A stretch of 64,000 nucleotides of DNA from Macrostomum lignano (taxonomy: Eukaryota). The translations under genes and the position numbers were made by a program. This document shows, piece by piece, positions 1 through 12,602 of the stretch. The stretch lies in NCBI GenBank assembly GCA_002269645.1, contig NIVC01001678.1, positions 1 to 64,000 on the forward strand, read 5' to 3'. Position 1 is the first letter of the stretch; each line of letters starts with the position of its first letter. Below the pieces are notes generated by a model. The model was not told the origin of the DNA and ran no database searches. It saw only the letters and a list, made by a program, of their open reading frames with translations.

Positions 1-2160
1 GACTTCGTTTTCGCCTACATCGACGATTTCCTAGTCGCCAGCCGCAGCCCGCAGCAGCACCTGGAGCACCTGCGCACGCTGTTCCAGCGCCTGGCGGACA
101 ACGGTCTGATCATCAACCCGGCGAAGTGCGAGTTCGGCCGCAGTGAGATCGACTTCCTCGGCCACCGGATCAGCGCCCAGGGAGCCGTGCCGCTGCCCGC
201 CAAAGTCGACGCCATCGCCAGGTTCGCGCCGCCAGCCACCGTCAAGGGCCTGCAGGAGTTCGCCGGCATGGTGAATTTCTACCACCGCTTCGTGCCGCGC
301 GCCGCCAGCTGCTGCGCCCATCCATGCGGCCACTGCTGGCAAGGAGAAGCTCGTGAGGTGGACACCCGAGCTGACTGCCGCCTTCGAAGGAGCCAAGCGG
401 GCACTGGCTTCCGCCGCACTGTTGGCGCACCGCGGGGCGACGCGCCCATCGCCCTCACTGTCGACGCCTCGGACACCGCCGTCGGCGCAGCGCTCGAGCA
501 GCGGGTGGGCGGCGCGTGGCAGCCGCTCGCTTTCTTCAGCCGGCAGCTCCGAGCGCCTGAGCAGAAGTACAGCGCGTTCGACCGTGAGCTGCTTGCCCTG
601 TACCTGGCGGTCCGGCATTTCCGCTACGCGCTCGAGGGCCGCGCCTTCACCGCCTTCACGGACCACAAGCCACTCGTCGCGGCCATGTCTAAGATGTCGG
701 ACCCGTGGTCAGCACGACAGCAGCGGCATCTGGCGTACGTGTCTGAGTTCACCACCGATGTCCAGCACGTGGCGGGCAAGGACAACCCGGTGGCGGACGC
801 GCTGTCCCGCTGCACGATCGCCTCGGTGCAGCCCCGGCTGCTACCCGGTGTGGACTTCGCGGCCATGGCGCAGGCGCAGACAGCAGACCCGACTGCCCAA
901 GAGGACGCTAGCCTTCAGCTCGAGCCGCTGCAGCTCAGCCCTGGCGTCGCCCTGCTGTGCGACATCTCGACCGGCCGGCCGCGCCCGCTGGTGCCTCCGG
1001 ATTTCCGCCGCGCCGTCTTCGACGCCATCCACGGCCTCGCCCACCGTCAGTCCGCAGCACGCGGCGCCTCGTGGCCGCCAAATTCGTGTGGGCTGGCATG
1101 AACCGGGACGTCAGCGGTGGGCGCGCACTTGCGTAGCCTGCCAGACGGCCAAGGTGCATCGGCACGTCACCGCCCCGGTAGAGAGCATTCGCGTCCCAGA
1201 CCAGCGCTTCGCCCACGTGCATGTCGACTTGGTGGGGCCGCTGCCGTCGTCTCAAGGCTTTACGCATCTGCTGACGATCGTTGACCGATTCACCAGGTGG
1301 CCGGAGGCGATCCCGATGACTGACACTTCCGCCGCAGCCTGTGCCTCCGCCTTCATCGCCCACTGGGTTGCCCGATTTGGCGTGCCGGGTGACCTCACCT
1401 CGGACCGCGCTCGCAGTTCACGTCGCAGCTCTGGTCCAACGTCTCCCGGCTGCTCGGCATGCAGCTGCACCGGACTACGGCCTTCCATCCGCAGGCGAAC
1501 GGGCTGGTCGAGCGGTTCCATCGGCAGCTGAAGGCCGCCCTCAGGGCGCGGCTGACGGGACCGGCCTGGGTTAGCGAGCTGCCCTGGGTGCTGCTCGGCA
1601 TCCGGACGGCGCCCAAGGAGGACCTGCCGGCATCGTCGGCTGAGCTGGTCTACGGAGCGCCCCTCTGCATGCCCGGCGAGTGCCTGCAGCCCAGCCCGGC
1701 AACGAAGGCCACGACCAGTTTCTCGTTCGGCTCCGCGACGCAGTCCAGGCGTTCCGGCCGACACCCACGGCGCATCACGGCTGCCGCCCGACCGCCTGGC
1801 CCGCCGCACTCGATGCCTGCCCGTTCGTGTTCGTCCGGCGCGACGGTCACCGAGCCCCGCTGCAGAAGCCGTATGACGGCCCATTCAAGGTCCTCGAGCG
1901 GGACGCCAAGACCTTCCTGCTCGACCTGGGGACGCGCCAGGACCGCGTGACAGTCGACAGGTTGAAGCCGGCCATCATCGACTCGCGAGAGCCGGTCCCG
2001 CTGCCATCTGTACGACCAAGAGGCCGCCCGCCTAAGCGGCCTGTACCACCCTCGGCCGCCGCCGACAGCCAGCAATCCCAGGCCGCCTCCCCAGCCGCCG
2101 GCAGCCGCCACGCCGGTGCCGCCGAACGGTTTTCGACACATAGCTCGGTGCTGGGGGGAG
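1..2160 (+). mobile_element. pol: Ty3/Gypsy LTR retrotransposon pol, 5'-truncated by the window: RT C-terminal part, RNase H, integrase with GPY/F module
   Basis: Frame 1 from base 1 reads DFVFAYIDDFLVAS (YIDD at 16-27). RNase H motifs: LTVDASDTAVGAALEQ, PLAFFSRQL, YSAFDRELLA, FTDHKPL. Integrase motifs: HGLAH, CVACQ, HVDLVGPLP, VDRFTRWPEAIP, FHPQANGLVERFHRQLK, PLQKPYDGPFKV. The order RT-RH-IN is that of Gypsy. About 7 single-base frameshifts join the pieces. Confidence 0.96.
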
Positions 2161-2166
2161 CTGCTG

Positions 2167-2469
2167 TGTGGCGGCCCAATCAGCGCGCAGCCAGCGATTG
2201 CGAGTACATCTGCACTGAAACCCCCTGCCCGCCAGGCTGGGGGTGGGTGTACTCGGACAGACAGTCAGTATGCTAAGTCGGGGGGGGGGTGGCCTTCAAT
2301 CGTGCCACCTTTTTGGCGCACCTCCCATGTGATCGCGTGCTTAATTTATTTATACTTAACGCATAAAGCAAATAAACTTTCACTTTTCTCGCTTGCAACT
2401 TACTTCGTTTTCGCAAGCCGCTAAAACTTTTTGTTTGCTTATCTTTTCTCGAACGATCCGTGTTATACA
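2167..2469 (+). mobile_element. 3' LTR of the Gypsy element (~300 bp), preceded by a polypurine tract
   Basis: PPT-like CTGGGGGGAG at ~2151-2160, then TGTGGCGG at 2167. AATAAA at 2371-2376. Ends TTATACA at 2469, after which the sequence turns AT-rich. The 5' LTR and TSD are outside the window, so the ends are inferred from TG...CA. Confidence 0.7.
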
Positions 2470-2699
2470 ATGAAATTAAATAAAAACATAAAGCCAAGCA
2501 TCAACCCCTTCTAGATCTTTTTTATGTCTATAATCTTCATACTCTACTTGTAGTAGCTAAATTAGATTTTAACGAGATTTGAGCAAATGATAAATAATTG
2601 CAAGATACTGTCTAGAACTTCAAATACCTCTGACGAGTATTGGTTTACATGTAGTGCCTGCCTTCTGATCTGTATGTACTAAGCATAAACAGTTACATG

Positions 2700-2945
2700 T
2701 ACATGTCTCTTGGATCTCTTAGGAGACATCTCCTAGATCTGGCAGATCATGTGCAGCACATATCTCCCAGATCTCACAGATCATGCACAGCACTTATCTT
2801 TCTTCTAGATCTTACAGATCATGTACAACACATGTCTCCTATATCTTTTCAGATCATGTACAGCACATATCTCCCAGGTCTTACAGATCATGTGCAGCAC
2901 ATTTCTCCCTTTTCTAGATCTTACAGATCATGTACAGCTCATATC
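2700..2945. repeat. Degenerate ~40-bp tandem repeat (AGATCATGTRCAGCACAT core), ~6 copies
   Basis: The core recurs every ~40 bp. Confidence 0.75.
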
Positions 2946-3754
2946 TTCTAACTTTCCAACCTTTATTCATACGCTTATTCTACCGGTATTATAGATTTTC
3001 CATTGCAATTCGATAAAAATCAAAGATATGGCAGTCTGCAATTGAAGATGTGGGGATTTTTTGTCGCAAACTTTTAACTTTCCAACTTTATTTTGGCTCG
3101 TCAAAGACGTAATGAACCGCGGGACACGCGCTGCGCTTCTTAATTCTGGCAAGCGATGTTTTTCAGGTCCCAGATTGACATCTTGGAGAGCTTGGTTGCG
3201 TAATACGATGGCCATTTGACGCTGTGCACAGAGCGGTTGAAGGCAGGCGTGAGGGTTTCAACTTCGACAAAAAACTTTGTCAGACCTTCCCACCAGATGT
3301 CTGCATCAGATGGACGCTGTCATGCGTTCAAGGCGGAACCTTGGAATTTGAAATCCAAAAGTTGGCTAGATAATTTGGCACAGATCTACCGGCTACTTTT
3401 GGGAGAGATTTGTACGTGACAAAATTCAAATTCCTCACCTACGATTCTGAGAGCAAAATTTGAATAAACAATTAATGATAATGAAAGCGAATGACATTGG
3501 GACTCTGTCCTTGGACTCTGTGCGTGGTGCGATTCAGACACAAACAGGACTTGGGCGCAATGTCATATTGAAATCTTGAATGCGAAATAGTACGTGTTGC
3601 AAATGTGAATTACTTTGGGGAAACTTCTGCTGAAAATTCAAGGAGCGCGGAGAAGGGGAAGCAGAGAGAAAGAGGAGACAGAGACGAGGAGAGAGTAGAG
3701 AGTGCTGATTGAGACCAGCTATCTCGTATGTATACGAACTAGACTGCATGACTC

Positions 3755-4830
3755 TCAGCTCTCTCTCCACTCTCCACACTCTCTCTCCACTCACCCTCTC
3801 TCCGCTCTCACCCTCTCTCCGCTCTCACCCTCTCTCTCCACTCACCCTCTCTCTCCACTAACCCTCTCTCTCCACTCTCACCCTCTCTCTCCACTCACCC
3901 TCTCTCCACTCTCACCCTGTCTCTCCACTCACCCTCTCTCCACTCTCACCCTGTCTCTCCACTCTCCACACTCTCTCTCCACTCACCCTCTCTCCGCTCT
4001 CACCCTCTCTCCGCTCTCACTCTCTCTCTCCACTCACCCTCTCTCCGCTCTCACCCTCTCTCCGCTCTCACCCTCTCTCTCGACTCACTCTCTCTCTCCA
4101 CTCACCCTCTCTCTCCACTAACCCTCTCTCTCCACTCTCACCCTCTCTCTCCACTCACCCTCTCTCCACTCTCACCCTCTCTCTCCACTCTCCACACTCT
4201 CTCTCCACTCACCCTCTCTCCGCTCTCACCCTCTCTCCGCTCTCACCCTCTCTCTCCACTCACCCTCTCTCCGCTCTCACCCTCTCTCCGCTCTCACCCT
4301 CTCTCCGCTCTCACCCTCTCTCTCGACTCACACTCTCTCTCCACTCACCCTCTCTCTCCACTAACCCTCTCTTCACTCTCACCCTCTCTCCACTCTCACC
4401 CTCTCTCCACTCACCCTCTCTCTCCACTAACCTCTCTCTCCACTCTCACCATCTCTCTCCACTCACCCTCTCTCCACTCTCACCCTCTCTCTCTCCACTC
4501 TCCACACTCTCTCTCCACTCACCCTCTCTCCGCTCTCACCCTCTCTCCGCTCTCACCCTCTCTCTCCACTCACCCTCTCTCCGCTCTCACCCTCTCTCTC
4601 GACTCACACTCTCTCTCCACTCACCCTCTCTCTCCACTAACCCTCTCTTCACTCTCACCCTCTCTCCTCTCTCACCCTCTCTCCACTCACCCTCTCTCTC
4701 CACTAACCCTCTCTCTCCACTCTCACCCTCTCTCTCCACTCACCCTCTCTCCACTCTCACCCTCTCTCTCCACTCTCACCCTCTCTCTCCACTCTCACCC
4801 TCTCTTCACTCTCACCCTCTATTCACTCTC
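3755..4830. repeat. CT-rich minisatellite (CTCTCTCCACTCACC-type units)
   Basis: Visible tandem pyrimidine-rich units. Confidence 0.9.
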
Positions 4831-5539
4831 AATAACGTTAATACCCACAACATTCGGTGCTCATAGCAGGCTTGGCTCGATCTGCTATGGGAGAACTCTC
4901 TCAGCAGGCAGCTATACTAATGTGATGTGCTTTAACACAATTTTAGACAACCAACAGAGAAGCGAGGGCGGAGTTCATCGACAGACATCATTGCCTTATT
5001 ACTCGAGTAGAATTATCCTCGACCACACACACACACACAGGCCGTATATGTAGTCAGCAGGATACACACCAGACTCCGCCTTCATCATCTAGCTCGAACA
5101 CCCAGCATCTTGAAATCAGATCCGCAGGTTTTAAGGATTTACCCAGCAGGCGACTCTTGTTAAGCGGGCCAGCCCACCCTATTTGCCCACTCTATATGGT
5201 TTGAGACTTCGAGTTGGAGGATTACCGGAACAAGCGGGTGGTGCAAAGGAACCAACAGGGTGTTTTTAGCTTTCTCAGAGGATTAGCAGCCTCTTTGGTT
5301 GGCGCAATATTTCTGATGATTTAATTATAAGCCAAGATTGTTAGGCTCTGGCTTATAGGTTTCTTGTAGGTTGGCAGTTCAGTTCTTCACTGTCTCTACC
5401 ATCTTTTCTGCGCTGTTTTCACTCTCCTCCGCCTTATTTTGTCCCTCTTATATCCGCTCTCTACTTCTCTTCTCCGCTCTCTCCCCCTTATTCTCATCCA
5501 TCGTCTCTACTCCCCTCTCTCTTATTTCTTTTTCGCTCT

Positions 5540-5800
5540 TTCCGCCCTCTACTCCGCTCTCTCCTCCTCTACTCCGCTCTCTCCTCCCCTTCTCCGCTCT
5601 CTCCTCCCCTTCTCCGCTCTCTCCTCCCCTTCTCCGCTCTCTCCTCCCCTTCTCCGCTCTCTCCTCCCCTTCTCCGCTCTCTCCTCCCCTTCTCCGCTCT
5701 CTCCTCCCTTCTCCGCTCTCTCCTCCCCTTCTCCGCTCTCTCCTCCCCTTCTCCGCTCTCTCCTCCCCTTCTCCGCTCTCTCCTCCCCTTCTCTCCCTTC
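5540..5800. repeat. 20-bp minisatellite CTCCGCTCTCTCCTCCCCTT
   Basis: Near-perfect tandem copies. Confidence 0.9.
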
Positions 5801-6489
5801 TTCTCCCCTCTCCCCCACTCCTTATCACTTTCCATTATCTTTTGTTTCTCCTTTCCTTTCTTCATGTCTCTCACTTTTAAGCGAGAAAGACCCAAAATGC
5901 AGTGCAGTGCGAATTCCAGAGCCTCCAGAGCTTCCCAAAAACTGTATAGGCAAGCTTAAAAAATCACGTGATTTACCTGACCCCCCTACCCCCCCCCTCC
6001 CACCCCCGCAGTTGGCGTTTCCCGGCACACTTCGCACATTTTTGCGATGAAGAGTTGCAATATAGTTAGTGTTGTTTATTTGTTTGTGCAACAATCAGTA
6101 AATGCATTTTGATTGTGTGTATTCAAATTTTATTTTAAGGGCATGCAGATGACGCGGCTGCGATTGTGCAATAAACCAACCGTGTCGAGAAGACAAGAGA
6201 AAGCGCATTTTCAATAATTGGGATTGATTTGGCCTCTGGTCTATTTTACAGCTCTGCTTCAAATTTTGTCATCATACGCCAGCATGTTCTTGCTGACTCT
6301 TATATTTACCTGTTTACGAATTCTGTCAATAGCTCAGAACTGGGGTAACTTGAAATTTCAGCTTGGGCGCATGAGAGGTGGCTTTGGGGTTGTTGTAACA
6401 GGAATATTGAGAAGAATCTGGATAATTCTGAATAAACTGAAAGAGTGAGAAAATTGGGAAGAGAGCGGGAGAGAGAGGGAGAGAACGGA

Positions 6490-6840
6490 GAGAGTGGGTG
6501 GGAGAGTGAGTGGGAGAGGGGCGGAAGTGAGTGGGAGAGGGGCGGAAGTGAGTGGGAGAGGAGCGGAAGTGAGTGGGAGAGGGGCGGAAGTGAGTGGAGA
6601 GGGGCGGAAGTGAGTGGGAGAGGGGCGGAAGTGAGTGGGAGAGGGGCGGAAGTGAGTGGGAGAGGGGCGGAAGTGAGTGGGAGAGGGGCGGAAGTGAGTG
6701 GAAGAGGGGCGGAAGTGAGTGGGAGAGGGGCGGAAGTTAGTGGGAGAGGGGCGGAAGTGAGTGGGAGAGGGCGGAAGTGAGTGGAGAGGGGCGGAAGTGA
6801 GTGGAAGAGGGGCGGAAGTGAGTGGGGGAGGGGAAAGTGA
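6490..6840. repeat. 21-bp minisatellite GAGTGGGAGAGGGGCGGAAGT
   Basis: Near-perfect tandem copies. Confidence 0.9.
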
Positions 6841-7589
6841 GTGGGGAGAGTTTAAGAAGAGGACGGGACAGAGAAAAGAAGTGCATATTAAAGGAAATGT
6901 GCTGCTTTCAAAAGCTGCCAAAATGCGTGTCAATGTAATTAAAGTAATAAAATTCCTCCACCATATTCATGATGGTGGAGTCTAAATTGCCTGCAAATTT
7001 TCCCTATTGTCAAACCGCGCGCCCGCCTTGCAGCTGCAGAGAATACATGAAAAGAAGTCATGCACACGCGGGAGTGCACACGTGAAAAAAATAAATTGTC
7101 TGGAAAACTCTCGTTAACACCTAACCAAAAAATTCTTTCTAAATATGAGTATAATAGGTCCCCAAGAATATTATCATTGCACCTGAGTTTCAATACCGAG
7201 TTCTATAAAAATGGAACAATTGAGTTATTTTATTCGTCCCTGCAAATTTTGCTGCCACCAGAACTGGGGTCCTAATTGCCTGTTGCGTAATCAATATAGG
7301 GTAATATGGGTAGGGCGTTTTTGCATAGCAACAACAGTCAGCAAAAGACGCGCACTAATTTGCGGATACAGCACGCGTCGAACAATTGGGATCATTACCG
7401 AACAATAAATGAGGTTGGCCATTGAATCCTCGTCTTAATTATCAATATTTATGACTGCATTTCTGGGGAATTTCTGGGCGAGGAGAAAATTATGCTAAAA
7501 TTGCCTTCTTTTTGTATTCTGAGAAAAACACTTGGTCTGTGTGCGATATGGAGATTGGAGAATTATGATTGTTGGGTAGATCCCATATT

Positions 7590-8090
7590 TGGGATGTCCT
7601 TAGAAGAAGTTTGAGTATTTGGGATCTCTCTAAAGGACTTAGGATCTCTCTAGAGGATTTAGGAGTTTTCGGGATCTGTCTAAAGGATTTGGGAGTTTTG
7701 GGATCTCTCTAGAGGATTTAGGAGTTTTGGGATCTCTCTAGAGGATTTAGGAGTTTTCGGGATCTGTCTAAAGGATTTGGGAGTTTTGGGATCTCTCTAG
7801 AAGATTTTGGAGTATTTGGGATCTCTCTAGAGGATTTGGGAGCTTTTGGGATCTCTCTAGAGGAGTTGGGATCTGTCTAAAGGAATTTGGAGTTTTTAGG
7901 ATCTCTTTAGAAGATTTGGGAGTTTTCGGGATCTCTCTAGAGCAATTTGGAGTTTTTGGGATCTGATTTAGGAGTCTTTTAAGATCTCTAGAGGATTTGG
8001 GATTGTGTCGAGAGGAATTGGGAGTTTCTGGGGTCTCTATAAGAGGAATTGAGAGTTTCTGGGGTCTCTATAAGAGGAATTGAGAGTTTG
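7590..8090. repeat. ~30-bp degenerate minisatellite (GGGATCTCTCTAGAGGATTTRGGAGTTTT)
   Basis: Visible tandem copies. Confidence 0.85.
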
Positions 8091-8716
8091 TGGAATCGCC
8101 CAAGAATTATGTATCAAAAGTTGAACGAAGACTTATGCTACTGATTTTTATTTACCGCGACTTTTCTCACGCCTTACGTTAAAAATTGTCAAAGCTGTCG
8201 AAAGTTTTAAAAGCTGTCAAATCCGATCAATGAGGTCTCTCGAATTGTTAGATTGAGAAAAAAAGTTGCACAATATTTCCTTACCGTTGCAGCCTGTACA
8301 CTGCATGCCCCAACGGCACTGGAGACAATCAACAGCTGCCAATGATATGCTGCATGAACAATCAGAAACGATTGATGACGCCAAGCCAAGCTTCAAAGAT
8401 GTTGCTATCCGGGCTCCGGTAACGGACTTGTGTTTTTATTAATTTATTTAAGACGACATAGATTTCAGTGCCAGGCGGACACAAATATATATGACATTTT
8501 GTTCTGTCCTGAGATGAGGATACTCGCGTCAAAAAAACTGATTTATGATACATAAGGAGGCCCAGAAACTTAACCAAACTTGTGTGTCACACGCTTTAAT
8601 TGCACATAATCTACTTGGATACAATGGTCACCGTGTCAAAGTGTCAAAGCTGTTTAATCAGGGACTGTCATTTTTACTACTGGTTGATAGGTTGCTAGAT
8701 AGATAGAGAGATGAAT

Positions 8717-9220
<504 letters not shown>

Positions 9221-9792
9221 AATTAAATTCCAATTTAAGCCACACCATGCAGATGTTGCAGGCTTGACTGCACAATCAAGGCCTGTTAAAACACAAAGCA
9301 GAGGCTGAATCGCGGCGACGGCTGCCAAAGTCTTCAATTGACATTGAAACTTTTATTTATTCTGCTATACATCGGGTTAAGCTTGAGCGTTGCATATTGG
9401 AAAATGATGAAGAAGTGGACGCCTTTCGCAATGAGGAAAACAAACTCAAACAAAGCTCACAGACGGCCCTGCAAGGAAAGAACTGATTCGATTTCAAATT
9501 AAGTTCTTTGAAAAGCACGGAGAAAGGAATTTGCATTGACTTGACTGAGTTTCCATGGCCCTGGCGGGTGTTTCTTAACACAAACTATAAACCACCTCGC
9601 AATGGGACCTCGTGGTTTATCGTATAATACGAACGTAAAAAGGTCACTCTCGACTCTCGGGGTCAGGATGGAAGAAACACCTGCAAGACAAACCCTGCTG
9701 GCTGCTTCAAGTAAAAAAATATTGAGATTCTTTGCATTGATCAATGAGTCACCACTCACCATGGCCATGAGCAGCTGCATTCAAGTCCAGCC

Positions 9793-10740
9793 TCCGATCC
9801 TTCCGCCCCTGCTACTTCCGCCCCCGATCCTTCCGCCCCCGATCCTTCCGCCCCCGATCCTTCCGCCCCCGACCCTTCCGCCCCCGATCCTTCCGCCCCC
9901 GATCCTTCCACCTCCGATCCTTCCGCCCCGACCCTTCCGCCCCGACCCTTCCGCCCCCGATCCTTCCGCCCCGATCCTTCCACCTCCGATCCTTCCGCCC
10001 CCGACCCTTCCGCCCCCGACCCTTCCGCCCCTGCTACTTCCGCCCCCGATCCTTCCACCTCCGATCCTTCCGCCCCGACCCTTCCGCCCCGACCCTTCCG
10101 CCCCTGCTACTTCCGCCCCCGATCCTTCCGCCCCCTGATGCTTCCGCCCCTGCTACTTCCGCCCCCGATCCTTTCGCCCCCGATCCTTTCGCCCCCGATC
10201 CTTCCGCCCCGATCCTTCCGCCCCCGACCCTTCCGCCCCCGACCCTTTCGCCCCCGACCCTTCCGCCCCCGACCCTTCCGCCCCCGATCCTTTCGCCCCC
10301 GACCCTTCCGCCCCCGACCCTTCCGCCCCCGACCCTTCCACCCCCTGATGCTTCCGCCCCTGCTACTTCCGCCCCGATCCTTTCGCCCCCGATCCTTCCG
10401 CCCCGATCCTTCCGCCCCCGATCCTTCCGCCTCCGATCCTTCCGCCCCCGACCCTTCCGCCCCCGACCCTTCCGCCCCCGACCCTTCCGCCCCCGACCCT
10501 TCCGCCCCCGATACTTCCGCCCCCGATCCTTCCGCCCCCGATCCTTCCGCCCCCTGATGCTTCCGCCCCTGCTACTTCCGCCCCCATCTTTCCGCCCCTG
10601 ATCCTTCCGCCCCCGATCCTTCCGCCCCCTGATCCTTCCGCCCCCGATCCTTCCGCCCCCGATCCTTCCGCCCCCGATCCTTCCGCCCCCGATCCTTCCG
10701 CCCCCGATCCTTCCGCCCCCGGTCCTTCCGCCCCGATCCT
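9793..10740. repeat. 15-bp minisatellite GATCCTTCCGCCCCC
   Basis: Direct observation. The same family occurs at 11780-12025, 20692-21887, 22927-23170 and, inverted, at 40870-41292. Confidence 0.93.
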
Positions 10741-11779
10741 TTAGTGGGCTACCGTTTCCACTGTCCACCCCCAGGGACAGGGATCGTTCATTCAGCAGCC
10801 GCCGCCGCTTACTCAAGCGAGAAAAGGAGAGAAGTGACTTCAAATGAAAATTTCAACGCCCACCGCCTGCACGAGTGACTCAAGTGAATTCCCTTTGAAT
10901 TGAAAGTGAAAAGTAAAACTTCGCACCCAATGCTTATAATGGCTTATAGGAATCAGGATTTCACCTTTTAGAAGCGATTTCTCTTATAGTTGCCATGCTA
11001 TGAAGAAGGTGACAGACAGGCAGACCAGTTGACACCTTTGTCCTTTACTGTAGAATCTTAGATTAAACTATCTATGTAGGATAAAGGTATAAGAGCTATT
11101 CATTAGCCTAGTTATTGAGGCAGACAGTGAGACCTCAATTGCCAATTGCAGACTGACTGAACTGAGGTATAGTATAGAAACTATATAATAATATAGGCAA
11201 CATAATGAGTAACTAAGCTATTCTCTCTCTCTGTAAATCCGACACACAACTCCTAGTCTGTAGGCCTAGTATTAGTTAGGGGTTAAAATAATTAATTGCA
11301 ATTTGCATACCAAAAAATTGCAGGCACTTGTAAAACACTATGCATACTATAGTTATAGTTCAATTTATAATTTCATTAAACAACCTATACTAGAGTATAT
11401 ATATACAATAAAACTAATAAGTCTGTATAGAGTCTTGAAGTTCAAAGGCGCAGTTCAATTCTTATCAATTGATGAATATCAGTATCCATGCTGATCTCTG
11501 GCTGACTGTGTTAAGAGTATAGGGTGGCCGTTGGCCATAAAAAGTCGTCTTGATCTGCAGGCGGGACTCGGCGGGGGGATGTCTTCAAAAGTCAACTTTA
11601 ATATAATATTATAGTGTAATAAAATTTGTAACCAATTGTGTTATAAAATATAATTTGCAGACCTTACTTATACTTACTTTCAACCTTGTCATACTTAGTT
11701 ATTATCTAAGTCTATTAATACCAATAATAATCTGTAAATTAGTGTAACCAAACTAAATAATTTTTCTGCATTTTGGAGC

Positions 11780-12025
11780 TCTTTCCGCCCCCGATCCTTC
11801 CGCCCCGATCCTTCCGCCCCCGATCCTTCCGCCCCCTGATCCTTCCGGCCCCGATCCTTCCGCCCCCGATCCTTCCGCCCCCTGATCCTTCCGCCCCCGA
11901 TCCTTCCGCCCCCGATCCTTCCGCCCCCTGATCCTTCCGCCCCCGATCCTTCCGCCCCGATCCTTCCGCCCCCTGATCCTTCCGCCCCCGATCCTTCCGC
12001 CCCCGATCCTTCCGCCCCCTGATCC
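11780..12025. repeat. 15-bp minisatellite GATCCTTCCGCCCCC
   Basis: Direct observation. Confidence 0.9.
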
Positions 12026-12410
12026 CTCCCTCCGCCCTTGTTATTTCTTTAGCGCTACTTCTATAGAAGATTGCTGGCGCCCCCTCTAAACTTGAAGCGT
12101 CAAGCGTAACTTTTTAGCAACCATTCCGGAGTGTTGAGCTGTTGAATCCTCCCTCAGAAGTTCTTTTGCCAGAGAGTGCAGAGAGTTTGGTTGGGGAATT
12201 TCTACAAAAGCAATCCATAAGAATACAATAGAAAATCTGCCAATTCGAAAAATAATAAATCGTCACATAGGACTCGCGGACCTGTCCACCCAACCAAACA
12301 AAAGCAATTCTGACATCCCGCAGGCTCAGACTTCCTAAACTCCCGAAACACTTCAAACACGCAGTTAGGTGAGGTGATTTTCGTCAAATTGAAATGCCAA
12401 CCCACAAGGA

Positions 12411-12549
12411 CCAATGGCGGGCGTTCTATCGCCAGCCCCCCGCCGATCGCCAGCCAATGAGATTGCTCCGAGAGTTGTGCGGTGAATCTAATCAACACCC
12501 CCTCTCACCGGTATTTTATATATATACATACAGTCATACATACATCAGT
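12411..12549 (+). promoter_or_regulatory. Core promoter of zinc-finger gene copy 1: two CCAAT boxes, TATA and Inr
   Basis: CCAAT at 12411 and 12454. TATATATA from 12517. TCAGT initiator at 12545-12549 with its A exactly 30 nt from the TATA start and 56 nt before the ATG at 12603. Confidence 0.6.
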
Positions 12550-12602
12550 AAGACTTCAGTAAATTCTATTTAGTTATATCAAGCAGAAAGCAAAGCGAAG
12601 CA

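Noticed and set aside
9340-10850. Coding-looking fragments flanking the 15-bp array (9360-9790, 10745-10850)
   Set aside because: Stops interrupt the plausible frames, and I found no consistent splice model or recognisable domain.
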